NCBI GenBank assembly: GCA_036555615.1
Contig: DATBKZ010000028.1
Coordinates: 5,212 to 69,211, forward strand
DNA: 64,000 nt
Direction of reading: 5' to 3'
Origin: Burkholderiales bacterium
GTDB taxonomy: Bacteria; Pseudomonadota; Gammaproteobacteria; Burkholderiales; SG8-41
The notes below the pieces were generated by a model. The model was given only the letters and a program-made list of their open reading frames with translations, made no database searches and was not told where the DNA came from. Positions 46,178 through 54,981 of the stretch are shown here, piece by piece. Position 1 is the stretch's first letter; every line of letters begins with the position of its first letter. A program made the position numbers and the translations under genes.

Positions 46178-47314
46178 ATGTATCTGCTGGAGCATGACGC
46201 CAAGCAACTTCTCGCCGCGCGCGGGATTCCCGTGCCGGCGGGGGCCCTCATCGAGCGCGCGAGCGCCCTTCGCACGACCACGCTTCCTCCCGGACCGTGG
46301 ATGGTCAAGGGACAGATTGCCGCCGGCGGGCGCGGCAAGGCGGGCCTTATTCGAAAGGTCGCAACGCGGCAAGATCTCACTGATCAAGTGCTGGCGCTTC
46401 TCGGCTCCCGTTCGGGAGCGCGCGCGGTCGAATCGGTGCGCATCGAGCAGCAGGTCCGGGCCGCGCGGCAGGCGTATATCGGGCTCCTCCTCGATGCGGC
46501 CGGCGGCGGCGTGCGCGTCCTGGTTTCCGAGAAGGGGGGCATGGACATCGAGCAGGTCTCCCCCGACCTCATCCACAGCGGGCGCGCGGAGGCCGACGCG
46601 CAATCCATCACGGCGTGTGTGCGGCACCTCACGCAGAATCTGCCGCCCGACTTCGGTCTGCCGCTGCGCGAAGCCGGGGAAGGGCTGGCGCACGCGTTCG
46701 CAGACCTCGAGGCTCTGCTGATCGAAGTCAACCCCCTCTTCGTCCTCGACGGCGGCCGCTGGCTCGCCGGTGACGCCAAGGTCGTCACCGATGACAACGC
46801 CCTGCCGCGCCAGAAGGAGCTGGAATCGCTCCTCAAGGCGCGCGCCGACGCCTATCCGGACGTCGCGCGCAAGCACGAGCACGGTTTTGACTACGTGGTT
46901 GTCGATCCTGCGGGCGAAATCGGATTGCTGACGACGGGAGCCGGGCTCTCGATGATGCTGATCGACGAGCTGCGCGCGGCGGGACTGAAGCCCTACAACT
47001 TTCTCGATATCCGGACCGGGGGGCTGCGCGGCGAGACCCGGCGCCTCACGCAGGTGCTCAACTGGATCGGCGAGGGGAAAAGCGTCAAGGTGCTTCTGGT
47101 GAATATTTTCGCCGGCATCACCGACCTCGGCGAGTTCGCGCGGCTGCTGGTCGAGTCGATTGCCGCGGCGCTGCAGTTCAAGCTGCCGGTCGTCGCGCGG
47201 CTGGTGGGTAACGGCCTGCCCGAGGCGCGCGAGGTCCTCGCCGCAGCGCGCATCGCGCTTCTTACCGATCTCGACGACGCCCTCGCAGCCGCGCGCGCGC
47301 ATTTGAAGAAGTGA
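46178..47314 (+). CDS. Succinyl-CoA-synthetase-beta-like ATP-grasp subunit of an ADP-forming acid-CoA ligase (divergent)
   Basis: MYLLEHDAKQLLAARGIPVP, KGQIAAGGRGKAG and VNIFAGIT. It has NFLDIRTGG where SucC/MtkA have a GGG-type motif. Confidence 0.8.
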   Translation: MYLLEHDAKQLLAARGIPVPAGALIERASALRTTTLPPGPWMVKGQIAAGGRGKAGLIRKVATRQDLTDQVLALLGSRSGARAVESVRIEQQVRAARQAYIGLLLDAAGGGVRVLVSEKGGMDIEQVSPDLIHSGRAEADAQSITACVRHLTQNLPPDFGLPLREAGEGLAHAFADLEALLIEVNPLFVLDGGRWLAGDAKVVTDDNALPRQKELESLLKARADAYPDVARKHEHGFDYVVVDPAGEIGLLTTGAGLSMMLIDELRAAGLKPYNFLDIRTGGLRGETRRLTQVLNWIGEGKSVKVLLVNIFAGITDLGEFARLLVESIAAALQFKLPVVARLVGNGLPEAREVLAAARIALLTDLDDALAAARAHLKK

Positions 47315-48192
47315 CTCCGAATCCGCGCATCGACAGGACGACCCCTGTCGTCGTTCAGGGCATCACCGGCCGCGCCGGCCAGCTGCACAGCCGGCTCATG
47401 CGGCAGTACGGCACGAACATCGCCGGCGGCGTCTCGCCCGGTGCCAAGATACGCGAAGTGAACGGCGTGCCGGTTTTTCCCGGCTGCGCCGAGGCGGTGG
47501 CGGCAACCGGCGCGCGCGCAAGCGTGCTGCTGGTGGGCGCGATGCAGCTGCTGCCGGCAATGCAGGAGGCCGTTGCCGCCGGCATCCGCTACCTCGTGAC
47601 GCCGACCGAAGGCATGCCAGTCCACGACGCGCTGAAGGCATTGAAGCTCTGTCGCGAGACGGGCACGGTCTGGGTCGGTGCATCCACCCCCGGGATGGCG
47701 GTGCCCGGAGAGGCGAAGCTCGGGTTTCTGCCCGACGATTCGCTCACGCCCGGCCCGCTCGGGCTCATGTCCAAATCCGGGACGCTCTCGTACGAGTCCG
47801 GCTACCGCCTCGCCCAGCGCGGCGTCGGAACATCGGTATGGATCGGCGTCGGCGGCGATCCGGTGAAGGGCACGCGCTTCGCGGAGCTGGTGCCCTTCTA
47901 CGCCGCGGACGCTCAGACCGAAGCGCTGCTCATCATCGGGGAGATCGGCGGCACCGACGAGGAAGAATTCGCCCAGGCCCTGCGCGCAGAACGCTTCGGA
48001 AAGCCCGTGTTCGCGCTGCTGGCAGGCCGCAGTGCTCCGGAAGGCGTGACGATGGGCCATGCCGGCGCGCTGGTGCACGGCAGCAGCGGCACCTACGCCG
48101 CCAAGCGCGCCGCGCTTGAATCAGCGGGCGCCCGGGTATTCTCGAGCCTCAACGAAATGGTGGACGAAATCGCGCGCCGCCTGCGCCCGTAG
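47311..48192 (+). CDS. Succinyl-CoA-synthetase-alpha-like CoA-binding subunit
   Basis: VVVQGITGRAG, SKSGTLSYE, and the phosphohistidine motif MGHAGA. The start overlaps the beta-like subunit's stop by 4 nt. Confidence 0.85.
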   Translation: MTPNPRIDRTTPVVVQGITGRAGQLHSRLMRQYGTNIAGGVSPGAKIREVNGVPVFPGCAEAVAATGARASVLLVGAMQLLPAMQEAVAAGIRYLVTPTEGMPVHDALKALKLCRETGTVWVGASTPGMAVPGEAKLGFLPDDSLTPGPLGLMSKSGTLSYESGYRLAQRGVGTSVWIGVGGDPVKGTRFAELVPFYAADAQTEALLIIGEIGGTDEEEFAQALRAERFGKPVFALLAGRSAPEGVTMGHAGALVHGSSGTYAAKRAALESAGARVFSSLNEMVDEIARRLRP

Positions 48193-48198
48193 CGCCAC

Positions 48199-48298
48199 AG
48201 AAAAGGTTCCAGGAACCTTTTCTTCGCCGCGAATCTCCCCTCTCCGCTCGGGAGAGGGGCGGGGGTGTAGCAGAGAAAAGGTGTTAGGACCCTTTTTC
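48199..48298. repeat. Cluster of three hairpins: AGAAAAGGTTCC/GGAACCTTTTCT palindrome (48199-48223), REP family 1 hairpin CCCCTCTCC-gctcg-GGAGAGGGG (48237-48259), and GAAAAGG..CCTTTTTC (48274-48298)
   Basis: Read directly in the 111-bp spacer between convergent genes. It probably also acts as a bidirectional terminator. Confidence 0.65.
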
Positions 48299-48303
48299 GG
48301 CGG

Positions 48304-49098
48304 CTAGATCAATCCGCGGGCGATGCCGCCGTCCACCAGTATCGACTGGCAGTTGACGTAGCTCGCCTGGTGGGAAGCGAGGAACACCACCATCGCGGCG
48401 ATTTCCTCGGGCCGGCCGAAGCGCTTCATCGGGATTTCCTCGCTGAACTCGCGGATGATGTCTTCCGGCCTCGTGCCGCGCTCCTGCGCGAGCTTCTCCG
48501 CGCGCGTAGTCCAGAGCGAGGTCAGCGTGCGGCCCGGTGACACCGAGTTCACGCGGATATTGAACGGCTGGAATTCGGCGCCGAGCGTCTTCACCAGCGC
48601 GATCAGGCCGGCCTTGGTGACGTTGGACACGACCTGGTGGGGGTACGGCATGCGGGCGCCCGCTGCGCCAAGGATGACGATGCGCCCGCCCGACTTCGAT
48701 TGCTTCAGGCGCTCGAGAGCGGCGCGGATCACCCGAACCGCACCGAGCACGTTGAATTCGTAGCTGGCGCGCCATGCAGAGTCGTCGAGCTCCTCGAACA
48801 GCGCGCGCTGGCTGCCACCGACCGCGGTTACGAGGATGTCGAGTGCGGAAGCCTGCTGCCCGAGCCAATCTCCGAGCCGCTTCATATCGGCCGCCCGCGT
48901 GACATCGGCGGCCAACCAGGGAACGTTTGCGCCCGCCGCCTGCTCGAGCGCGGCGGCCGCCCGCTTGAGCTTCTCCGCGCTGCGCGAGCAGATCAGGACG
49001 CGCGCGCCCTCCGCCAGCAACCCTTTCGCGCACTCGAAGCCGATCCCTTCGCTCGCGCCGACGACGAGCGCGGTTTCACCGCTGATGCCGAGATCCAA
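48304..49098 (-). CDS. Short-chain dehydrogenase/reductase (SDR) family protein, possibly with a non-canonical active site
   Basis: TGxxxGxG-like ALVVGASEGIGFE. SNVTK appears at the position where YxxxK is expected (eye alignment only). Confidence 0.8.
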   Translation of the reverse strand: MDLGISGETALVVGASEGIGFECAKGLLAEGARVLICSRSAEKLKRAAAALEQAAGANVPWLAADVTRAADMKRLGDWLGQQASALDILVTAVGGSQRALFEELDDSAWRASYEFNVLGAVRVIRAALERLKQSKSGGRIVILGAAGARMPYPHQVVSNVTKAGLIALVKTLGAEFQPFNIRVNSVSPGRTLTSLWTTRAEKLAQERGTRPEDIIREFSEEIPMKRFGRPEEIAAMVVFLASHQASYVNCQSILVDGGIARGLI

Positions 49099-49113
49099 TG
49101 CGCCCCTCTCGCG

Positions 49114-50082
49114 CTACTCCACCTTCGCGCCGGCCAGCCGGATCAGCTTGCCGTATTTTTCGTAGTCCGCCCGGATCACCGTGTTGAACCGCTCGATCGA
49201 CGCGGCCGAGGGTTCCAGCGCCTGGTTGGAGAGGTTGCGCGCCACGTCCGGCATCTTGAGGATTCTGCCGATCTCCGCGTGCAGCTGCTCGACGATTGCC
49301 CGGGGCGTTGCCGCCGGCGCGAAGACGCCGATCCACGGGCTCATTTCGTATCCGGGAACCGTCTTCGCGATCGGCGGGATGCCCGGCAACGCGCTCACCG
49401 GCTCAACGGAATTCACTCCGAGCGGGCGCAGCCGCCCCGACCGGATATGTGCGATGACCGTGGAGATCGTGGCGAGCGATGCCTGCGCTTCGCCCGCGAC
49501 GAGCGCCGTGACCTGCGGGGCGCCGCCCTTGTACGGGACATGCACCAGCTTGATGCCGGCCATCGAGATGAACAGCGCCATCGAAAGGTGGGGCGCGCTG
49601 CCATTGCCGGAAGAGGAGTAGAGGATCTCTCCCGGTCGCTTCCTGGCGAGCGCGATGAACTCACTCACGGATTTCACCGGGAGCGATGGGTGCACCGTGA
49701 GCGCGCCCGGCTGCGTCACGAGCATGGCCACGCCGGTGAAGTCCTTGAGCGTGTCGTACGGAAGCTTCCTGTAGATGTGCGCATTGCCGACGTGCGTCGT
49801 CGAGTGCACCATCAACGTGTAGCCGTCGGGCGGCGCCTTCGCGACGACATCCGAGCCGATCGAGCCGGCCGCGCCCGGGCGGTTGTCGATGACGAATGGC
49901 TGGCCGAGCGCCTCGGCGAGCTTCTGCGTCACGATGCGGCCGACCACATCGTTGGAGCCGCCCGGCGGCCAGGGGATGACCACGCGCACCGGTTTCACGG
50001 GATACGCCTGTGCCACCACAGTGAGCGGCGCAAGGAAGGAGACAAGGGCGGCCAGAACCGCCGCGTGCAGGTCTTGCTTCAT
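49114..50082 (-). CDS. Bug/TctC family periplasmic binding protein (orphan)
   Basis: Signal peptide plus AYPVKPVRVVIPWPPGGSND. ATG 50082 (GGGAG upstream) is preferred over the 50130 start in the track. Confidence 0.9.
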   Translation of the reverse strand: MKQDLHAAVLAALVSFLAPLTVVAQAYPVKPVRVVIPWPPGGSNDVVGRIVTQKLAEALGQPFVIDNRPGAAGSIGSDVVAKAPPDGYTLMVHSTTHVGNAHIYRKLPYDTLKDFTGVAMLVTQPGALTVHPSLPVKSVSEFIALARKRPGEILYSSSGNGSAPHLSMALFISMAGIKLVHVPYKGGAPQVTALVAGEAQASLATISTVIAHIRSGRLRPLGVNSVEPVSALPGIPPIAKTVPGYEMSPWIGVFAPAATPRAIVEQLHAEIGRILKMPDVARNLSNQALEPSAASIERFNTVIRADYEKYGKLIRLAGAKVE

Positions 50083-50221
50083 GAAGGCTCCCGACAGGGA
50101 ATGGCCGGCTAGCGCGCCGGCATCCGGCATTATCAGCGAACCGGTTGCCGCGTCTCAACCGTTGCGGTGCGCATTGTGGACAAACCGGCAGGAAGTCGGA
50201 CAAAGGGACTGGCGAAGCAAA

Positions 50222-50254
50222 CCGGCCCTGCCCCCGTGAAGGGAACAGGGCCGG
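50222..50254 (-). terminator. Hairpin CCGGCCCTG-N15-CAGGGCCGG downstream of the Bug gene at 50310
   Basis: 9-bp GC stem read directly. On the minus strand it is followed by TTTGCTT. Confidence 0.45.
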
Positions 50255-50309
50255 GAATGGCTGACGCTCATCCGCGGGCCGCGCGAGGCGACCCGCGAGG
50301 GATCGCGTA

Positions 50310-51278
50310 TCAGTCGATCCTCGCTCCCGAAATCCTCACCACCTTCTCGTACTTCGCGAAGTCCGACTTGAGGCGGGCGTCAAACTCCTCGGGCGTCATC
50401 GGCATCGGATCGAGCGTCTGGGCAGTGAGCTTCGATGCGACGCCGGGATCGGCCAGCGCTTTCCTCAGGTCGGCATTGAGCTTGTCGATAACCGCCTTCG
50501 GCGTGCCCTTCGGCGCGAAGCAGCCGACCCACGCCGTGAACTCGTAGCCAGGAACGGTTTCCGCGATGGCAGGCACGTTGGGGAACTGCACCGTGCGTTT
50601 GTCAGAGGTTACGCCGAGCGGCCGGACGCGATTCGCTTTCAAGTGCGTGAAGACGGATCCGATCGTAGCGATCGTGACCTGGGATTCCCCGGAAATCAGC
50701 GCAATCGTCGAGGGACCACCGCCCTTGTATGGCACGTGAATCATCTTGGTCCCGGTCAGCGATTGAAAGAGCGCGTACGCCAGGTGAACGTAGCTGCCAT
50801 TGCCGGCCGAGCTGTAGACGATCTCGTTCGGGCGCTTTTTCGCCAGCGCAATGAACTCCTTGATCGATTTCGCTGGAAGCGACGGATGCACGACCATGAT
50901 CCCCACCTGGCGCGCGAGCGCCGTGACGCCAATGAAATCGCCGAGCGTGTCGTAAGGCAGCTTCTTGTACAGGTGCGCGTTGGCAATGTGCGTCGCCGAC
51001 TGCACCATCAGCGTGTAGCCGTCGCCCGGGCTCTGGGCCACGACGGCCGCGCCGATCGTGCCGGCCGCGCCGCCGCGGTTCTCGATCACGAAGTTCTGGC
51101 CAGTGATTTCATTCATCTTGGCGAACACGATCCGGCCGGTGACGTCGTTTGATCCCCCAGGCGGGAATACGATGATCACCCGCACAGGTTTCGTGGGATA
51201 CGCCTGTGCGAGCACCGCCAGCGGCGTAAACAATGCGGCGAGAATGACCGGCACCGAGAAACTGAAATACCGCTTCAT
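50310..51278 (-). CDS. Bug/TctC family periplasmic binding protein (orphan)
   Basis: Signal peptide plus AYPTKPVRVIIVFPPGGSND. Clearly paralogous to the gene at 49114. Confidence 0.9.
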   Translation of the reverse strand: MKRYFSFSVPVILAALFTPLAVLAQAYPTKPVRVIIVFPPGGSNDVTGRIVFAKMNEITGQNFVIENRGGAAGTIGAAVVAQSPGDGYTLMVQSATHIANAHLYKKLPYDTLGDFIGVTALARQVGIMVVHPSLPAKSIKEFIALAKKRPNEIVYSSAGNGSYVHLAYALFQSLTGTKMIHVPYKGGGPSTIALISGESQVTIATIGSVFTHLKANRVRPLGVTSDKRTVQFPNVPAIAETVPGYEFTAWVGCFAPKGTPKAVIDKLNADLRKALADPGVASKLTAQTLDPMPMTPEEFDARLKSDFAKYEKVVRISGARID

Positions 51279-51451
51279 GAATTTCCTCCTTCGATTTGTG
51301 GAACCCGGCTGAGCGCGATCGCCCGGCCATCGCGGATCGCGGCGCCCGGGCCGGATACTGCCAGCGGACCCTCCGCCGCGCTACAATTCCACCACAGATT
51401 AGATAGTGGTGTCGAGCCGGCGTCCTCCGGCGCGCTTCCGCAAGGAAACCC

Positions 51452-52669
51452 ATGTCCCTGCCGCTGGAAGGCGTGAAAGTGCTGGACTTCACCGCCGTCA
51501 TGGCGGGGCCGTACTGCACGCTGATGTTGGCCGACATGGGGGCGGAGGTCGTCAAGATCGAGACCTTCCCCGAAGGCGACGCCTCGCGGAAATTCGATCC
51601 CAAAGTGAACGGCGAGAGCTACTGCTTCGCGGTCCTCAACCGCAACAAGAAGAGCCTCGCACTCAATCTCAAGAATGCGCGCGGCAAAGACATCTTCATG
51701 AAACTCGCGCGGGACGCCGATATCGTCATCGAGAACTACCGGCCCGGCGTCACCCGCAGCCTGGGCATCGATTACCCGGCGATCCAGGCGGTCAATCCCG
51801 ACGTCATCTACGCTTCCATCTCCGGCTTCGGCCAGACCGGCCCCTACAGCCGCAAGGGAGGCTTCGACATCATCGCGCAGGGCATGAGCGGCATCATGAC
51901 CATGACCGGCGAGGCCGGCGGGCGCCCCGCCAAGGTCGGCATCGCAATGAACGACATCGCCGCGGGCACGACCGCGCTCTATTCGATCCTTGGCGCCTAC
52001 ATCAAGCGGCTGAAGACCGGCGAGGGCGTCTACCTCGAGACCTCGCTCCTCGAGGCGGGCATGGCGTGGACCTACTGGGAGTTCGGCGCGTACTTCGGCG
52101 GCGGGGAGGTCCCGATCGCGACCGGCACGCGCCACCGCCGCTCCACGCCCTACCAGGCCTATCGCACGCAGGACGCTTATGTCACGGTCGGCGCCAACAA
52201 CGAGAAGCTGTGGACTGCGTTCTGCACCGGGGTGCTGGAGCGTCCGGCACTGCTGCAGGACGCGCGCTTCCGCACGGACGCCGCGCGGCTGAAGAACATC
52301 GACGCGCTCCAGGGCGAGATCGAGAAAGTATTTGCCGCCCACCCGACCGCGCACTGGGTGGAGAAGCTCGACGCCGCGGGCGTTCCCGGAGGGCCGGTAT
52401 TCAACTACGTGCAGGCCTTTGAAAACGAGCATGCGAAGGCGCGCCGCATGGTGGCCGAGATCGACCACCCGAAGATCGGCCGCATGAAGATCATCGGCAA
52501 CCCGGTCAAGACGAGCGCCGAGCTTGCGCGCTCGCGCACGCCCGCGCCGTGGCTCGGCCAGCACAGCGCCGACGTATTGAGGGGCCTCGGCTACGGCGAC
52601 GCGCAGATCGCAGCGCTGTTCACCGAGGGCGTGGTGTACGACCGCTACCGCGAGAAGGCAACCGCCTGA
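51452..52669 (+). CDS. Class III (CaiB/BaiF family) CoA-transferase
   Basis: LEGVKVLDFTAVMAGPYCTLMLADMGAEVVKIE N-terminus, and a GFDIIAQGMSGIM region with the catalytic-Asp context. Confidence 0.9.
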   Translation: MSLPLEGVKVLDFTAVMAGPYCTLMLADMGAEVVKIETFPEGDASRKFDPKVNGESYCFAVLNRNKKSLALNLKNARGKDIFMKLARDADIVIENYRPGVTRSLGIDYPAIQAVNPDVIYASISGFGQTGPYSRKGGFDIIAQGMSGIMTMTGEAGGRPAKVGIAMNDIAAGTTALYSILGAYIKRLKTGEGVYLETSLLEAGMAWTYWEFGAYFGGGEVPIATGTRHRRSTPYQAYRTQDAYVTVGANNEKLWTAFCTGVLERPALLQDARFRTDAARLKNIDALQGEIEKVFAAHPTAHWVEKLDAAGVPGGPVFNYVQAFENEHAKARRMVAEIDHPKIGRMKIIGNPVKTSAELARSRTPAPWLGQHSADVLRGLGYGDAQIAALFTEGVVYDRYREKATA

Positions 52670-52698
52670 CCCTTGAACCCGGGCGGTCCGCTCAATCG

Positions 52699-53445
52699 GT
52701 GAAAAAAGACGTTGAGCAGGAAGAGGCGCGGGAGAAGGCGCTCATCCGGCAGTACTTCGGCGACTCGCCGCAGGGCTTCTTCGTGGAGGTGGGGGCGAAC
52801 GAGCCGGCCTCGATCCAGTCCCAGACCTGGCACCTCGAGCAGAGAGGCTGGCGTGGCATCCTCATCGAGCCGAACCGGGCGCTCGCCGACGCACTCGCCA
52901 GAAAGCGGTCCGGCTCAAAGGTCTATAACGTGGCATGCAGCTCGCCCGCGAAGGTAGGCGTCGCGGAGTTGAAGATTCCCTTCCTCGCCGACGGAACGAT
53001 AGACACCGGGAAAGCCGCATTGGAGGTGGAGATCGATCACGGCGGCTTTCCGGCCTACCGCAATGAAACCGTGAAGGTCGTGACGCTGGACTCGATCCTG
53101 GAGGAAAACAACATCACGGGCATCGACCTCCTGTCGATCGACGTCGAGGGCACGGAGCTCGACGTGCTGAAGGGCCTCAACCTGGAACGATACCGGCCCC
53201 GGCTGATCCTGCTGGAAGACAAGCTGGTCTACCTCAACAAGCACCGGTGGCTGAAACGCGCGGGCTACCGGCTCGTGAAGCGCACCCTCTTCAACAACTG
53301 GTACATTCCCGCGCACGAGCCGTTCGCAATGTCCAGCTGGAAGGAGAAGCTGGTGACGTTCAAGAAGCTCTATCTCGGCCTGGCGCCGAGAAAGATCAAG
53401 GAATGCTTCAAGATGGGCAACCTGCGGCCGTTAAAGGAGCTCTAG
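52699..53445 (+). CDS. FkbM-family SAM-dependent methyltransferase
   Basis: FFVEVGANEP, LLSIDVEGTELDVLKG and LLED pattern of FkbM-type methyltransferases. GTG 52699 was chosen because the track ORF overlaps the preceding gene. Confidence 0.7.
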   Translation: MKKDVEQEEAREKALIRQYFGDSPQGFFVEVGANEPASIQSQTWHLEQRGWRGILIEPNRALADALARKRSGSKVYNVACSSPAKVGVAELKIPFLADGTIDTGKAALEVEIDHGGFPAYRNETVKVVTLDSILEENNITGIDLLSIDVEGTELDVLKGLNLERYRPRLILLEDKLVYLNKHRWLKRAGYRLVKRTLFNNWYIPAHEPFAMSSWKEKLVTFKKLYLGLAPRKIKECFKMGNLRPLKEL

Positions 53446-53448
53446 CCG

Positions 53449-53958
53449 CTACTCCTCGATCGGGCCCTGCTCCATCAGACCGTGGAGCTCGCAGGTCGGG
53501 TTGGCGCGCCGGATCGTGAGGTAGCCGTTGATCTTCCCGTCCATGCCGCAGTAGCGCACGCGGTCGACGTCGCTGAACGTGAAGTGGAGGCGTCCCTGGC
53601 CGTGATCGATCCAGAAGTGTCCCATTTCCTCGCGCAGGAGGACGGCCGTGGTCGATCCTTCGTCCAGCCATCTGCTGAACGCATCGCCACGCACGATCTC
53701 CAGCGAGCAGGTGCGCGGCTTCCACTTGCTGTAGTACGCAAAACTGTTGACGCGGCCATTCAAAACCTCGACCGCGATGCGCGCGTGCGCGTCCTCCGTG
53801 CCGAGCCTGCAGGCGAGCTTCTCGACCTTCCGCGCGGCGGGCTTCGCAGGCGCGTTCTCCGCGGCCGCGGATTCGGCTGACACCGCGCCAAGCGCAATGA
53901 CGACGCAGACCGAGAGAGCAGACGTTATCGCGTGCGGCCGCTTCTCCTCACCGCTCAC
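53449..53958 (-). CDS. Hypothetical secreted protein (signal peptide, 4 Cys)
   Basis: 169 aa. Hydrophobic N-terminus ending AESAAA. No family was recognised. Confidence 0.55.
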   Translation of the reverse strand: MSGEEKRPHAITSALSVCVVIALGAVSAESAAAENAPAKPAARKVEKLACRLGTEDAHARIAVEVLNGRVNSFAYYSKWKPRTCSLEIVRGDAFSRWLDEGSTTAVLLREEMGHFWIDHGQGRLHFTFSDVDRVRYCGMDGKINGYLTIRRANPTCELHGLMEQGPIEE

Positions 53959-54028
53959 CCTGATCCCCTGTTGTTCTTGCTTCCGGTACCGCCGTTCATG
54001 GCGGGCCGTGCTCGATTATCATTAGATC

Positions 54029-54862
54029 ATGAAACGCACGGCCGCGGTAAGAGGGGACGCAGGCAACCTCGAAGCGCTCGACATCGACGCCTACCTCCAC
54101 CGCATCGGCTACTCGGGCCGCCTGCAACCGGTTTATCCCGTGCTCGAGGCGCTCCACCTTGCGCACGCGACCCGCATCCCGTTCGAGAACCTCGACATCC
54201 TGCTCAAGCGCCCGATACGGCTCGATCTCGCGAGCCTCCAGGCCAAGCTCGTGGCGGGCGGCCGGGGCGGATACTGCTTCGAGCAGAATCTGCTGTTCTC
54301 GGCCGTGCTGCAGCGCCTCGGATTCTCCGTGACGCAGCTCGCCGCGCGCGTCCTCTACCGCAGCCGGCGCAAGGTTCCGCGCACCCATGTCGTGCTGATG
54401 GTGGATGTCGACGGCGGCCGTTGGCTGTCCGATGTCGGTTTCGGCCTCGAAGGCCTGCTGCTGCCGCTGCCGTTCGCCAGCGGCCGGGAAACGCGCCAGT
54501 TCGCCTGGACGTACCGTGTCATCGAGGCAGACGGCGAGTGGCTGCTGCAGACGCTGCGGGACGGCTCGTGGGTGGACCTGTACTCGTTCTTCCTCACGCC
54601 TTGCCTCGCGGTCGATTTCGAGCCCGCCAACCACTACATGTCGACGCACCCGGACTCGCGATTCGTCCAGACGCTCACCGTGCAGCTGCCGACGCCCGAG
54701 GTGCGGCACGTGCTGCGCAATCGGGAGCTCGTCCTCGACCGCGGCGCGACCGTCACCCGCCGCGTGCTCGCGGACGACGATGAGTTGCTGGCCGTGCTCG
54801 CGGAAGTATTCGGGCTGCGGTTTCCCGCTGGCACGCGCTTCGGCTATCGGCAAGAAACCTAG
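54029..54862 (+). CDS. Arylamine N-acetyltransferase (NAT)
   Basis: YLHRIGY, IPFENLDILL, the catalytic-Cys motif GRGGYCFEQN, then HVVLMV and SDVGFG (Cys-His-Asp triad context). Confidence 0.85.
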   Translation: MKRTAAVRGDAGNLEALDIDAYLHRIGYSGRLQPVYPVLEALHLAHATRIPFENLDILLKRPIRLDLASLQAKLVAGGRGGYCFEQNLLFSAVLQRLGFSVTQLAARVLYRSRRKVPRTHVVLMVDVDGGRWLSDVGFGLEGLLLPLPFASGRETRQFAWTYRVIEADGEWLLQTLRDGSWVDLYSFFLTPCLAVDFEPANHYMSTHPDSRFVQTLTVQLPTPEVRHVLRNRELVLDRGATVTRRVLADDDELLAVLAEVFGLRFPAGTRFGYRQET

Positions 54863-54981
54863 TTGCCGGCGACCGTTTCTTGATCTGCGTCAAAGCACGC
54901 GGCGGATGACCGGCCGCCTGCTTGTCCCCTCGGGCCGGCCGCGACGTATACTGGCGCACGCCAATTCAACGGGAGGGGAAA

